From Raillietiella orientalis (Eukaryota), in assembly GCA_036172245.1 (NCBI GenBank), contig JAYWIR010000011.1, forward strand, positions 372,001-436,000: a stretch of 64,000 nucleotides of DNA, read 5' to 3'. The notes under the pieces are model-generated. The model was not told the DNA's origin and made no database searches. It saw only the letters and a list, made by a program, of their open reading frames with translations. How positions within the stretch are numbered: the stretch's first letter is position 1; each line of letters starts with the position of its first letter. Of this stretch, positions 12,782-26,881 are shown piece after piece. Position numbers and translations under genes: made by a program.

Positions 12782-15700
12782 TCTGCTCCCGCCCGAGTCT
12801 CGGGACTCCGGAAACCAGAAGCGACTTTGCTTTTAAGTCGCCCTCGTGCCCGGCGTCGCGCCCGCCTTGGAGGCACCTGCCTTTCCTCCTTCCGTTGGAA
12901 CCCGGAAGCTGGGCCGCAGGTAGGGCCTCTGGGTTTCCTTCCAGGGATTACCGGATCGTGCGGGGGTAGGCGTCTCGTCAAGGTCCCGGAAGTGAGGATT
13001 TCCTCGGGGGCGAATCCTCGTTCGCGATACGGCACGCCCCCAGCTCCAGCCTCTGACAAGTCGGGAGGAAAGTTCGGCGGCGGTTGGCCCCGAGAAAGCA
13101 GAGCCTCGTGCCCTCTCTGGGCATTCCCCCCCTTCAGGGGTGTCCCCAGGCCCGGCAGGCGCGGACCTCTCGGTAGAGAGCGGCAGCGAGCTCTCTGGCT
13201 CGGGGCTGCTGGCCGAGGTCTCTCACCGACGCCTTTCCACCCCTATCCCCACCCCACACACCACCTGGAGGGAAAGGCGACCTCAGTGGTCGCCAGCCCC
13301 GCTTGTTGCGAAGGATCAAGTTCTCTCTAGGCTATGGAGGCGCCCTGCACCCTCTTCTTCTCCGGATCCCTCCGGAGGGGAAATTCCCCTTCAGCGACCA
13401 CAGTTCGTGCGCCAAGCAGTCACCTTCTCTTCGGCCGTGTCCCGGTCCCCTTCTCGGTGAGAAGCGGCGAAATCTCCAACGCCCCCAACATCCCCGTGAG
13501 CACTCGGGAGGAGAGAACAGCGGCGTGGGGCGTTCCGTGAGTTCGATCCCGATGGCGTCCAACTAGGAAGGGTGAGATGGTTCCACCTTCGAAGTGCTCC
13601 TCCGCAGAGGACGATGCGCTAGAAGCCCCGCGCTCCATGGCTCCGGGAAGAAGCGGCGTCTCGAGACGAGATCGTGGTCGAGCCAGCCGCCGAGCGGTTG
13701 TTGGGCGACCCTCTCCACATTGCCCTTGAAACGGCAGCGGTCCCCCAGGTTGAGCTTTCCCGACCTCCTCCATGGACGCAGCGGAAGGAAAGGCGGGACG
13801 CTTGTGCTGGCCGCGGGAACGGTCGGTGCCCAGGCGACCCTTGCGGTCCCAACGTACTTGTTCTGGAAACAGGGACAACCCCCCTCCTTTAGAGAGAGAC
13901 CCTCCTGGAAACGCTGAGGGGCTCCGACCGCGGGTGCACCATGCCTTCCTGGTTCTGGGTTACCGCGCTCCAGGGTTGGTCAGGCAGACTCCCCCTCTGC
14001 TCTCCAGGTGGCTCCAATTTCCCTCTCCCTCCAAGCATCCCTACTCGGCCGTTCCTTTCGGGACCGCGGGGAAGATCGAGGGACTTCTCCCCAGTACCGA
14101 CCCCCTGAGCTCTCCTCTATCGTTCTTTCCTACCCTAGCCTCGCCCCTTCGGCTACCCCCCGTCCCCACCTCCTTGTTTGGGCGTCGAGGCATGTGGCGC
14201 ACTGCCGCTCAGAGTCCTCCCTTCTCCCTACGGAAAAGTCGCCGCCATCCGCTCCACCAGGGCGGCAGGGTGCAGGGTGGCAGACTCGAGGGCGGAAAGG
14301 GCGGACCCTCCGGCGGAGTACATGGGCGGGAGGGACAAGGCTCCATCGAGGGGGACACTGCGGACATCGGCGTGACTCCCTCTCTGGCTGGAGTCACGTT
14401 CACTATTGGCTGGGCGGAGGAGTCACGAGGTCCGCGGTACCGCCTCAGGAATCGTCGTCACGGAAAAAGGGTGGGGTGGGGAGGAGGGGTCAGAGCAGAT
14501 TCGGTCGGCAGAAAGAAGGGGAGGAGGAGGGAGGGTTGCCTCCTCCTCCCCTCGTGCCGACTCCAGACGGCGCCCCGGGCGACAGGGACGTCTCTTGATC
14601 GTCCGTCTTCCTGTTCTTGCGGTCATGTCCCCGCTCCGCCCTAAGGATTTTCCCCAGCCCGTGTTTCCGTTGAGACCGATCCCGCGAGGGAAGCATCTCC
14701 CTCGTATCCTCCCTTCCGTCTCGGGAGGATCCCAGTGGAGGAAGAGCGGTCCCGTGGGATCTAGGACGGAGAATTCGACGGGACGGCATCCAAGGATTTC
14801 GGGGACCCGCAAGGAGGTTTCCGGAAAGCATTGGGAGCTGCTGCGGGGAAGGAGGAGGAGGGGGAGAGGGCCTGGAATCTTCCCGAGTTGGCGCGAACGC
14901 AAGAACGCCGACTTGTTGCGCTCGGCCTATTTTCGTCCCGCTGGGAAGAGGGGAGCAGAGCTCTCTCTCTCCGGCGAGGGCGTCGCCGAGATCTCTCCGA
15001 GGGAATGGGGGAGGACCGGATCGTCCTGGGGTGCTCCGGAGGATGGGAGGCTCCCCTAGTCCGTTTTCCGAAAGGAAAGGGATTCAAGGCGCTTCCCAAA
15101 AGGGGAACTGGGACGGAGCCGTTAGACCGACACTGAGGTCGGGAGAGAGCCCGATCCTCCCCCTCTGCTCCGAAGGTTACATCCTCTTCGGAGCAGGGGA
15201 CGCGCTGGAGAGTCTGTCGGCGCCGGAATGGGGGGAGGGAGGCTCTCGCGCTGCCTTTTCCAGGGTGGCACTCCCTTAGAGCGCCCCGCTGCCCTACCCT
15301 GTGAGATGGTCCATCCCGAGTATTCGTGGGGAGGAAGGGAGGCGTAGGAGAGGGACCACATGGTGTTCCCTCTCGGGTGCCTCTATCGCAAAAAGGGAGA
15401 AGTGGGCATCGCCACCGATCGTACCCTCCGGCAGTCGAGGTCGATCGACGGCGGGCAGGGCTGCAGCAGCAGCATCCGCGTCCTGGAGCTTTCTTCACGC
15501 ACACACCTCATCTCCCTGCTTTTCTGGACTTGAGATGCAGCGACCCTCAGGACATTTTCCTCAGGAACGTTTCGTGAGGGCAGAATCAGTGCCCCGGTGC
15601 ACTTGGCTTCCTTCGACCTCCTGAGGGCGTACGGAGGAGAAGGGAGAGCTTGGGAGGCGCCTTGTGATCTTAGACAACCCTTTGCAAGCGCGAGCCGATC

Positions 15701-16879
15701 CTGGAAACCTTTACCCTCCCTCCCGTCCTGAGAATCAGATCACTAAGGGTCCTTTGGCGAGCCTGCAAAGCGAGCGCTCCTGGGAAGATCAGCGTCGCGT
15801 TCCGGAGGCCCTGAGGTTCGTTCCGGGAGAACACCCAAGGCGACCCTTCCAGGAGCGAGACGCCGGCACCCACCTTGGCGTCGCACCCAGAGCAGGAGTT
15901 ACGGGAATGACAAGGTTGCGCCCCGAGAGCCCCGTTGCCAAGCCGATTTCCTCCGAAGCGACCTTCGGACGGTAGAGATTGCGTGCTGCGGGATGCCGAA
16001 GTGCTTGTGGCCGTAGGTCACTCGGTGCCGCGTGCCAAGAAAGAGCGGATTCCCTCGGGAACAGCAGAGGGGGTAGATGTCAGAGGAGCACTTACGGAAC
16101 GCGCGCGTTCCCTCGGGCGCATGCGGGACGCGCGGAGCGAGCGCGCCAGGGTCGCTACGTCCGCGCCGGTTGCCGGGTGCGCGCGCGCGAAGATCAAACG
16201 ACAGGCGTGCGTTGCCACGCGCGCGCTCCTGGTTTCGCACGGAGGGCACGCGACGTAAACAATTCCTGACAAGAGTGTACCGTACGCTTCTTCGTCCCGA
16301 AAGAGTGAGCTGCGACTCAGTCGGTGGGTCGGAGGCAAGGTTGCCAATTTGCCGAGCATCTTCGTGAGGAATCCGCAGCATCTGGATATGATCAGTACAG
16401 TACAGTACGGTACCTAAATGAACCCGCATACCCAATACCCTTCAGTGCCTTTCGTCCGCTCACGCCGTCCGTGCCACCCGATTCACCTCTCTCGGGCGTG
16501 CGAGGAGCGTGTGGAGCCCTCCCCTACGAGTTGGCGGGCCCCGAGATTCTCTGTGTGTCACATGTGCTGTCGAGTCACGAGGGCAAGCAGACCGACACAT
16601 GTGCAGCACGCTCGCTTCCGGCTCCACGGCGCCTCCCCGCGAAAGGCTGCCGACCTCTCGACCACCGGAGGTTCGGGGATCCGAGCGCCCGGAGAGCTGG
16701 AGCCGCCGTCTTCCTAAACGAAGACGCCAAAGTAGGGGGGCGCAGGTGGTCCCGGAATGGCCAGCGCGCGCCGCCTCGGAATTTCCTCCGCTTTCCATGT
16801 GGTGGATCCTCGCCGCGTCCGAGTTGTGGCCCTGATGCGTGCCCCTCTCCGGCTTCACCCCCCCGACCTCTCAGCTGAC

Positions 16880-17930
16880 TCAGAGCTCGGGAGTACCTTC
16901 TGGAAGGGTCCGAAGGTCCCCTAGTTTGCACAGGAGGAACCCAGAGACGGTGGTACCTTCATGTACGAGTTGTCGGGACCCGGGGGTCTCTAGCGGCCTC
17001 CCTCGGCGCTCAGGAGCCACTCTCGCTCGGATACCAGAGCTGCCGTCGACGGTGCCGGTGGTGAGGTCTCCAGGAGATCGGGAAGAGTTGGGCGCGGTCG
17101 CTCCTCGCTTCGCCGGGAGGGAGAGGACCTTGGCGAAGGGGATACCTCCTCCCTTTCTTGAGCGGTCCTTCTCACACAAGGGAGGAGGACCCAGGGTCAG
17201 GAAGGAGGGTCGAAGGAGAGACCGAACTCCGCCGGAGGGTCCGACCCCCAAAGGGCAGGAAACCACGGGAGACGAGGGATGGGGCGCCATACCAGGAGAA
17301 GGAGGAGGAGCGTGGCTCTCCAGACGCCGTGGCCGGGGGACATCTCTTCCCCATCGCTCCGCCAGAGCGCCACCTCCCGGATTCCCTAGCTGGACTGCCC
17401 TCCTACGGCCTCCTCCATCAGAACGAAACAAAGGGACCCGCAGCAATCTCAGCTGGATCTCTTCGTCTCCAGCAGCCCCGGCTGCGAATGCCTCGAAGAA
17501 CCCCCGCGGTCAAGCAGTTCGATGCACGACCAACGCCGCTTGCCCTGCGTGCGGCCTCGCGGAGGCTCCGGCGGCTACTGTGCCTCTTCCGGAGACTGTG
17601 AGGACCCGTGAGTTGTCCACCTCCATCGCCCCAGGGCGCGTTCGGACCACTGCTTCCCGCAGGATGAGGAGCCTCATCGTCACTTCCTCTGTCCCACGCG
17701 GGGAGCGCAGGTTGTGCCGTGCCCGCAGGCGACAGGGCTCCTGCGCGCGCGTCCCCCGCGTCACTCGACATTCGCCGAGGCGCGTCCTGGAAGCTCCAAG
17801 AAGGAGGGGGGAGCAGCAGCAGCAGCTACAGAAGGGAAAGTGGCTCGCCGATGGCACGCTGACCGCTGCCGCGGCTTCCTCCGAGGGGAAGAATGCGCCC
17901 CATTTTCAGGGCGAGTCGCTTGCATCCTAG
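16880..17930 (+). mobile_element. Decayed L1/Tx1-like ORF2 C-terminal fragment
   Basis: ACPACGLAE (~17540-17565) resembles zf-RVT CxxCGxxE. It contains the segment 17189-17393, which is shared in inverted orientation with 12569-12781. Confidence 0.5.
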
Positions 17931-18199
17931 GGGGTGCAGCGCCCGCCGATGCTCCCGGAGGAGGGGGACGAAACATCCATGAAGGCAACCCTCCACAGAG
18001 CCTCCTTCTCCGGGGGCCTCAGCAGATACAGGAAAGAAGAGTTCCCTGAAGTACCGCCTGCTCGTGTTGGTCCAGCAGGCCGGACCCAGTGGCTGTAGTC
18101 AGAGTCCTCGAGATCCGCGAGAGGGCCGGGACCCTATCGCCCCGTGTCAACTTGACTGTCCGGAGAGGCGCTACCGCCCTGACGGGAGAAAAGGCTCTT

Positions 18200-21100
18200 C
18201 ACCGGATGTCCAGGAGCAATGAGACGATGACCAGGAGTACGGGTGCTGCCGGGGTCGCGTATTCCTGAGAGCTGGGCAGAATGGGAAGCGATGAGCAGGA
18301 AGCTCATCTGGGAGCAACGGGATTTTTATGGGGAAGAGGGAGGGAAGGCTGGTCGGGGGAGGGCGGCCGCCTTGCGATGACGACGGCCTGTGGCGTTCCT
18401 CCCGCCCCACCCCACGCCCTACGTCTTCCTCCTCTCCCGAGGAGAAACGTCAGGGACAAACTCCTTGGGGACCTTCCCTCCCGGACCCATTTCCTTCCTT
18501 CGCCGCTACGGATGGCCCATCGCTTTCCGCAGACCCGTGGGGACACTGCGCCAGACCACTTTTCCACCACCCTCGAGCGGTTACCAGGAAGATCTCTCCC
18601 ATGCCAGAGATCTGGGAGTGAGCCGGGAACCTTCGGTCGAGCTCGTGCCCCTGGGGGTTGCGCATTCCATCCGTAAGGGGTGACATCTTGGCAGACGACC
18701 GTCGCGCGGGACAGACGGGAAGCGAAGACGGCCCCCGGGGCGCAAGCGCAGTTTCCCCGAGGACGGGGGTGGGTGGGCTCCGAGGGTCGGCGACTCAGCA
18801 GCGCAGAAGCTGGTTGGGGAGGAAGGGAAGGAGGAGGCAGACCGTCGTCCTGCGTGCTGCGAGATGGAAGGCAACCGGAAGACCCTCCAGAGGATGAGTC
18901 CAGAGGTGGCCTGCAAGCTGGGTCCGAAGGGGAGGAGAGAAGCCACATCCCGGGAAGAAGGGGGGGAGGGGGGTTGGCCCGTGGTTGTGCGCCTCAGACT
19001 TCCCTTCGTCTGGCGCTTGGAGGGAGGGGAGCCACAAGGCAACAAGGGAACGCACAGGGGCAGCAGCCACAAGGCGGGAGAAGGAGGGAAAACCTCCGGC
19101 ACTCCTCTTCCTCCTCCTCCCGCCTCTGGAGCCTCCCAGAGTCTCCTCAGAGTGAGAAGGGAGAAGTCCATCCCAGAGCCCCCGTGCGTCCGTCGGGGTG
19201 GAGGATCATGGAAGAGGGGAGAAGGGTTTGCATCTCCCTCCCCTATCCTGCAACCCAGAAGGGGTCCAGGCGGATGCGGGTGAGCGAGCTGCAGACGCTC
19301 CCACCCCCTCAGTCGCGAGAGGGGACGCCGTGGGACAGAAGGTTCCCAGAGGGGTCGGAAGGGGAGGAAGAGAGAAGGTGTGCAGGTGGATGATGGGAGC
19401 GAGTGGTCCAGAGAAAGGAGGCGGGAGTGGCAGGATCTACCTCGGAGGACGGTAACGAAACGTCCGGTGTGTGACTCCGGGGGTGCTCCACCTGGAGGTA
19501 CGGCCCTTTGACCCACACAAGATGGGAAGAGCGGGTCATTCTTAAGGAGGGCGAGACATCCAGAGAGTCCCGGCGGCGTTACTGAAGGCAAACGCGCGGC
19601 CGTCGTCCCCCCATCCCGGAAGACCGCTGCCCTTGCGAGCTGCAGGGTTCGGGGTCCTGAGAAAAGGCTTCCTGTTGCTGGGAGGCCCTCCGAAGGGCTG
19701 ACGGACTTGCTGGGACGTTCGCTGCGAGGAGTCGTCACCTTCCTCCCCTTCCCCCTTCCTCCACACACTCCGGTGGCGGCCGGCCGACGTAAGAGCATCA
19801 TGGGGCCGGGGCAAGAAAGGTCTGCACGGGGCAAGGGACCTGAGTCGCTCCCGGGCCTCGCAGCCAGTGGGTGACTCCTTGACTTGGTTGACCCGAACTG
19901 ACCCTGAGCGGGGATATCCTCGGGGACTGACCAAGAGGGCATTCGTATCGATCTTTGCGCCGGAGGCGAGGCGTAGGACTGCAGCGTTCCTTCGCCCGTG
20001 AGCCCACTGCTGAATGGGAAGGAGAGGGGAGATAGGGCCTCTGGCAGAGTCAGGAGGGAGCCAGAGGTCGTCCGTCGGAGCTCCTGAAGCCTCGCGGGTC
20101 GATACTCGACGGCCACGGACCGCGGTATGTCTTCCCTCCCCCCCTTCCGAGGGATCAGAGGCTCCTCCGGGTGAGGGGGAGGAAGGGCGAGGCTGTGATG
20201 GCAGAGGAAACCCAGAATCCTCAGGGGACTTCACTCTCCCTCGAGGAGGGCAGCTGCCTGAGCAGGAGAGTGTGCGCAGGTGGGGGACGGAGGGACCTCT
20301 GGTTAGACAGCAAGGGGAAGACTGGATGGGGTGAGGAAACGAGGGCGAGGGTCTGGGAGAGTCCACCGCGTCCATTCGGACATTCGGCGAGGGGTGAGCG
20401 GCCGGTGAGGTTCTCAGAGGAGCTGGGGATGGGCGCGGATGACCTCGGGTCGCCACCCGGGAAGCAGGACTGAAGGAATGAGAGGGGACGCTCTCGGGCG
20501 ATGCCTTGTGGCAGAGATTCCTCCGGATTCCCTAGTGGGTGTGCCTTCTGGGCATTCTGAAAAGGGACGGCTCCCATCGAAGGGTCTCTCCCCTCTGCCC
20601 TTCATTCTCTGGGAAGGGGAAGGGAAGCTCTCTCCCCCTTCCGCATAAGGAACCGGAAGGAAGGACGAGGAAAGCGGTCTTCCAGAAAGACATCCCCCGA
20701 CGCATCATCCGCTTCCTCCCACCCCACCCTCAGCGCTGGCAGTGACGCTGCACTCTGCCACTGTATATCGTTGTGACCTCCGCTCCTGGAGGCTCAGCGA
20801 GGGAGGATCTGCCGCCGATCTGACTCCCTCTCTCTTCCACCTCTGGCGCTTTTCCTTGGGGCTGTCGGATATAGAGGGCTGCGAGAGCAGCGCAGCTCTG
20901 CGGCGACGAAGACGGCCTGTGATGTTTCCTTCCCTCCCATTTCTTCCCTGCCTCCTAAGGGAGGTCTCCGGAGGCGGATTCTGTGCTGCCCCTCCCTGCC
21001 GCGCCCGCTCCCCCCCTCTCATTGAAGTGGTCACGGCAAGACCGCCGTCCGCACGTGGCGCAGCGTTGCTGCGCATCGTTCTCGCCCTCCTCTGCCCTCG

Positions 21101-22150
21101 CGGTCACCAGGGCGACGTCTCCAGCCCGCGCTTCCTTCCCGCAGGGAAGGCCGCGACGCTCTTGTCCGTCGCCGTCACGCCCACCCGCGCACCTCGTCCG
21201 TGGGACTCGTTCCCCGCTTGCGAGTGGCGACTCATCAGACGAGGGTTCCCAGGGGAAACTCCTCCGGGTCGGGCTGCTCGTGGCCGACGGGGAATAAAAA
21301 GGGAAGAGTCCGGGGGAAAGGGGAGGGGGAGGGACGAAGCCGCTTGCTTCCACCCTGCCGAAGATAGTGCCGACCGCAAACGTCCCGTACGCGTGGCGGC
21401 GGCGCCAAGAGGGAAGGAGGGGGAAGGGAGAGAAGAGGAAATGGAGGAGAAGGAATCGGAGGTCCTGTCCCCCAATGATCTCGGACAGGGGGACTGGCGC
21501 CATCCTGGTCGGGGTCTACCTTTGGCGGGTGCACTCTCGCGTGCTGGTCGTTCCGCCGCCGTCCGCTGGGCGCGCGCGCGGGAGAAGGGAGGACGGGACC
21601 TCCGGAGGCTCTCCCGAGGAGCTACAGCCCACTTCACCACCTGGAAGAGACCTCCTCCCAGGTCGGTCGCCCCGCTGCCCCCCGATGGAAACCGTGTTCT
21701 AGGTTCGCTGTGCCGAGAGGGTCCTTCTATGGAAGCTGGGGGAAAGGGAATGGGGAAAAGGCATCCCGGATTCAGGTTCGGAGAAACAGGAGAGAAGAAA
21801 AACCCGACGCGCGCGCCAAAATTCTCGGGATGAGCGCCCGAGATCCCGCCTCGAGAGGAAGCCCTGGCACGCGTCCAGGGCTCCTCCTGCCGCCCGCGAT
21901 CGCTGAGACAAGGACTCGGCCTGAGGGGCAGCCTCCCACCCCTTGGGATGCGCAAGAAGGTTCGCGCACGGCCCGGTCCACCTTTAAGGTGAGCCCCGAG
22001 AACACTTTCTCAGCAAGAATGTTCGGGAGAGCGGAAAGCTCCTTCCGCGGGGGAGGAGGGTTGCCAGGGAGACGGCGGCGGCAGATGGATCCCTTCCGTG
22101 GCATGAGGGGCACGCCTCTGGGACAGCGGCGAGCGGGGTGAGCAGCAGCG
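18200..22150. mobile_element. Patchwork of decayed LINE fragments
   Basis: Scattered motif remnants: GFLWG (~18320, +) resembles the L1 FLW motif, and FKVSPENT (~21985, +) resembles RT GLxVNxEKT. No intact frame. Confidence 0.3.
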
Positions 22151-23666
22151 TCCTCGCGGGCACCCTACCGGTCCGCCCAGCCTTTGTCTACGAGGGGACA
22201 AGGGGCCGCCTAGCCCCTCTCGGAACTGGGAGAGGAGAGAAACGCCCGCAGGCGTGTGCGCGCAGGGAACAGTCGCCGAGCGGCAGGCGTCCGGCCGAAG
22301 GGAGTGCGCGGGATGCCCCGCGCAGCCGACCCCTCCCGGTCCCTTTCCGTTCCTCTCTCCCGAGTCAGAGGAAAGCCACTTCCTCCCCTCTCCCCTTCGG
22401 GAACTGCCGCGAGCGGGGACGCGGAACATCCCGCCCGTAGAGGCGGTCGGCTACGGGAGGAGGGGGGTGACGCCCTACGGCGCTCGGGAGAGAAGCGGCA
22501 TCTCAAGGCATACGGGGCGCCCTTAGGCCTGTCGCCTCCGCGATGCTGCAGGGAGGGAGCAGGAGAAAAGGGGAGGGGGGGGGGACATGTCGCAAACGTG
22601 CGGCGGTGCAGGCGCTCCAAGCTAAGCGCCCTCTCACGGGCGCCGAAAGGCGGGGGAGGAAGCGCCCTTTTCGTCTCCTTTGTCAAGCAGAAGGAGTGGA
22701 ACTGCGCCGGATGCCGTCGCCGGTCCTCAGCCACCGCACCGCCGCTTCTGAGGACGTGACCAGGGGTCACGGGATAAGCACAAGCCGATCGCCAAAGAGG
22801 GGTCCATACGGATACGGACCTTCCTCCTCCTATCGGAGGGCGGCCTGCTCCGTGTCCGCTTGACATCCCTCTCCCCGCGCCTTTCCCTGGAGGGAACGGG
22901 CGAACCCGAGGTCGCCCTCCCGAGAGAACGTTGCCGCCGCGGCTACACCTCCGCTCCGGGTGACTCCTCGTCCGAACGCAAGGGCGCACGCCAGGGGAGG
23001 GAACAGGGGTGGATCGGAGGCACCGGGAACGGGGTTCTCCCTTGAGAGAGGAGCGCGCCCCGAGGCGAGGACCGAAGGATGACGCGACCCACTCTGACCC
23101 CCAAGAATCAGGGAAGAGAAGCGGACCGTGCAATAGCCGCCGGCACTGGCCTTGCAGAGTCCTCCCTTACCTGCTGCCCGTGTCAGCCGTCCTTCCTCCC
23201 CCTCCCCCTCCCCCGAGGAGTCCTCAGTCACAGGCATCTGTTATTTTTGAACACCTCGGGGCGTGGGCGCCCCTCGTCGGATCCGTGCCGCGGGGAAGGG
23301 GAGGGCAGGGGGTACAAAAATTATGGCATCTCGGGGAGAGGACCTGGAGGGGGGCAACGGAGGAGGGCGGTGCTGGGCAGCACCAGGAGCGGGACGGAGG
23401 GAGGGGGGGGGGGCAGAGGAGGGACGGGAGAAACATCACAGAACCGAGCGACCGGGGAGACAAAAAGTGGGGTGGGGAGGGAGAGGTAAGATCCCTCCCC
23501 GCTGTCAGAAAGCTGGCGAAAACAGGGGCGTGGGCTCCCTGGGGGGCGCTCGCTCGGGAAGCGGGCCAGGGACAGCGGCCGCTCCTTCGGGGGCTTCCCG
23601 CTTGCCCCTGGGGGCAGAAAGGAGGCGGTCCAGGTCCTGCTTCGTGGGCGGGGCGGAGCGTCTGAC

Positions 23667-25066
23667 CAGAGTGGCGTAGATCTGCTGCTGCCTGAGGGGC
23701 GTTCCTGGACTGGAGTCTCCCCAGGAGGGAGACTGGGCGCAGGAGGCGACGATGGGGACGCGCGTCCCCGAGACAGGCTGCTGGCGAGGAATGGGGATGG
23801 GAGGTGGGCGGAAGGGCGGGTCCGGGGGGACGGTCCTCCTGCCGACGATGCGGTGGGGCGCGTCCAGCCACCTCAGGTCTCCCGCGGAGGCGTACCGGGA
23901 GTCCCCGTCGCCCTCGCGGAGGAGGAGAGGGTGGGAAGAGAGGGAGGGGACAGGCGCGGCGGAGGCAGCCGTGGGGAGGGCCACGATGGGCTGCTCCGAC
24001 CCTGCGCGGTGGTAAGGCCACGTGTTGTGGATGGCCCCTGGGGGCCTCGGCTGTTGCTGCTGCTGCTGCTGCTGTCCGAGGGCGCGGCGGCGCAGGGTCT
24101 CTGGAGGGGTGCGGACTCCCCTCACGGAGGGCCGCCTCCCGAAGCCCCCATCGTCGTCTTCGTCGTCGTCTCCCTCCTCCTCCCCTTCCGGCGTCCCCGC
24201 GCCGTGCCTCCGGCGCAGGCGCGCCAGCCGCCTGGAGTCGCCCCGAACGAAGAGCTCCAGCTCATCTCCAGGCGCGGCCTCCGAAGAGGTCGAGGACCCT
24301 CCTCTCGAAGAGGGCAACTCCCTATGCTGCTGCTGCTGCTGCTGCTGCTGGACTTGGAGGTGGTGGTGGCCGAGATGGTGCCAGGAGCGTCCGTCTAGAC
24401 CAACGGTCGGGTCGGCGGAGGCGAGGCGGCGCAGCTCCTCCTCGAGGGAAGAGGTAGCGGCGGCGGAGGCGGAGGTCCTCTCCGGCGACGTCCCACGGCG
24501 GCGCTCCCCACAGGAGCGGCGCTTGACCTCCGCGCACCGCCTGGTCAGGTGGCGCCGCATGGCGTTGCGCTCGATGGTGCGGCGGATCTGGGAATTGCTG
24601 CGCAGGATGCCGCGCGCCGCCTGCGCCACGTCCGCGTTCTGCAGACGGCGCAGCCGAACCTCCACCTCGTCTAGGTTGGCTCCTGCTCGCCCCTCCTCTT
24701 CCTCTTCCTCCTCCTCTTCCTCGTCCTTCTCCTCTTCCTGCCGCTCCTCCGCCTCTTCCCGCTTTCCTGCGGCCTCTTCCTTCTCCCTTTCACGAGGCAG
24801 AGCGGCCGCCGTTCCCGGCCCTTCCTCCCACTCTTTCCTGCCGTCCTCTCGCCTGGAAGGGGCACAGGCCGGCGCCACCAGCCGGACGCTCTTGCGGTCC
24901 GCGTTCTCCAGCTCCGAGGATGCCACGGAGGGAGCCACGTCGTTTCTCCAGAGCCGCCCTCCTTTCAGGATGCCGTTCAGCCGGCCGCGCATCTCCTGGT
25001 GCCACCGCAGGTGCCGCGGCCGCTCCACCCGCGCCGCCGAGGGAAGGTCGTACAGCTCGTAGATGC
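23667..25066 (-). CDS. Coding exon 2 of an unnamed low-complexity protein (candidate PP1-interacting/scaffold protein)
   Basis: Acceptor ttctctccacag|G at 25067/25066 in phase 1, in frame with ORF 23505-25028. Encodes GIYELYDLP...LNGILKGGRLWR...IRRTIERNAMRRHL...SLEEELRRLA with E- and Q-tracts. Probable donor CTG|gtcaga at 23667/23666. Downstream exons are unresolved. Confidence 0.7.
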
Positions 25067-26881
25067 CTGTGGAGAGAACGCGTCAGTCAGACGGGGTCAA
25101 GGGAAGAAGGTCATTCGCAAGGAAGGTCGGGGGAGGGGGAGTCGACGCGCTCCTTCCTCTCCTGCGGGAATGGCGGACTGCGAACTGCCCTCTCTCCGGA
25201 GGATCCCCTGAGGCGATTTTCCCTTCCTTTTCTCTCCCTCGGGACGAAAGGGAAGTCGCTCACCTCTGCGACCCCGGGATCGCCGAGGGGACGAAGGGAG
25301 GGAGGAAGAGGGGGGAGGAAAGACCCCTGAAATGACACGGGGAGTCTTCCGGGAACCCCAGGGGAGAGAGCTCCCCGGGTCGGTCCAGGAGGAGCATCGC
25401 TCCGTCTGGCGAAATGCAAGGACGTCGCCCGGGGCGGGAAGGGCGGAAGGTTGGTCTCCCGCCCAAGTGCGCGCGCTTTTCTCCCCTCTGGGGCCGGCGC
25501 CGTCCCCTCACGAAGGGAGGCGCAGGACTCTTCGGCGCTTCTCGGCCGTCGATTGGCGATGGGAAGCTCGAGAGGGAGAGAGGGGAAGGAAGCGAAGCGG
25601 AGGATCCTCTGTCCTGACCTTGACTTCGAAGGATTTTCTTCTTCCCGAAGGAGCGAGCTCGGATAGGAAGATCGCGGGGAGGGGGGGAGGACCCTGTCTG
25701 TTGACCGGGAGCGCGCGCAGTTTCCCAGCATGGGGCGCGGGTGAGGAGGCGGGCAGGATAGAGGGGGCGGTAACCGCCTCCTCCGTCCGTCCGAAGGAGA
25801 GCTGGGCAGCTCGAGAGGGAGGAGGGGAGGGTCTGCGTGAGGGCAGCCGTGCGCGCAAACAGCCGGTGCCCATGGCAACCCGCAGCGGTGGCGAGCAGGC
25901 AAAGTCTCGGCCGGTGACGGCAGGGGGTCGGCGCGAAGGATGCGTTCCACGTGGTCAAGGTGCCCGGGAGGGAGAGTGGGGCCTGACGGCGAGGAGCTGG
26001 CGTCATGGTGACCGTCGGTGGCGGAACGACCGAGTGCCGGAGGCAGCAGCCGGAACGGAAGCTGACTGGAACGGCAGTTTCGGCGGCGTGGCGGAACGGG
26101 AAGGTTCCGAGGGAGATGAGGGGAGGGGGGAGGGGGGAATCCGATGCTGCACCGGGGCAACGCCTTCTGTTTTCATGCGCCCCGGGATGGAGGAGCGCCC
26201 GAGGCCGGCGCTTAGCCTCGGAAGGAAAGCCGCTGAGGGGTGGAAAAGCAGAGGGGGAGGGAGCCCGGGGGGAGGAGGGGGGAGGGAAATGCTGTTTGAT
26301 GCCTCGGAAGGGCCGCGAGAACCTTGCAGAAGGCAGCACACCACCCGAGGGGCTTCCTGTCTAGGATGGGTCGCCCGAGAGGTCACCCTCATCCCCACCC
26401 TTGGGAGCGGATGGGATTCTCATCCTGGGAACCATCTGGCAAGTGGTAGATCGGACCGCGCGAGTCGAATGAGCCCTCACACCCCCAATGGGTACGCCTA
26501 CGACCCCCCCCCCCTATTGCTGGGGTCTCGTGACCTTCGCTGACCTTTCTTTCCTCCTCTGGAAAGCGACCCCATCATTCCTCTACGACCTCAAGGGGAG
26601 AACTCGTCGATCTTCGCGGCGAAAGTCAGCACGTTGGCACCCTCTCTTCGCCCTCGCTGACCCTCGCGACTCCGGCCATCACCATGTACGCTGACCAGCC
26701 CTTTGCTGACCAATGAGACCCCGTACGACCCCTCCAGGATCCCGGAGGACCCACCGACGTTGGGTGCCCCTTCTTCCCCATCCCGATGGGATCGCGGAAG
26801 TAGGCAGCGACGGTCCGACCCGGGGATGCACCTGACTCTTCCTTCTGCCTCCCTCCCCTCCCCCCTACCCCTCCTGGTTAC

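Noticed and set aside
24022..25062. 346-aa plus-strand ORF with poly-Cys and poly-Ser
   Set aside because: Antisense shadow of the poly-Gln/poly-Glu exon on the minus strand.
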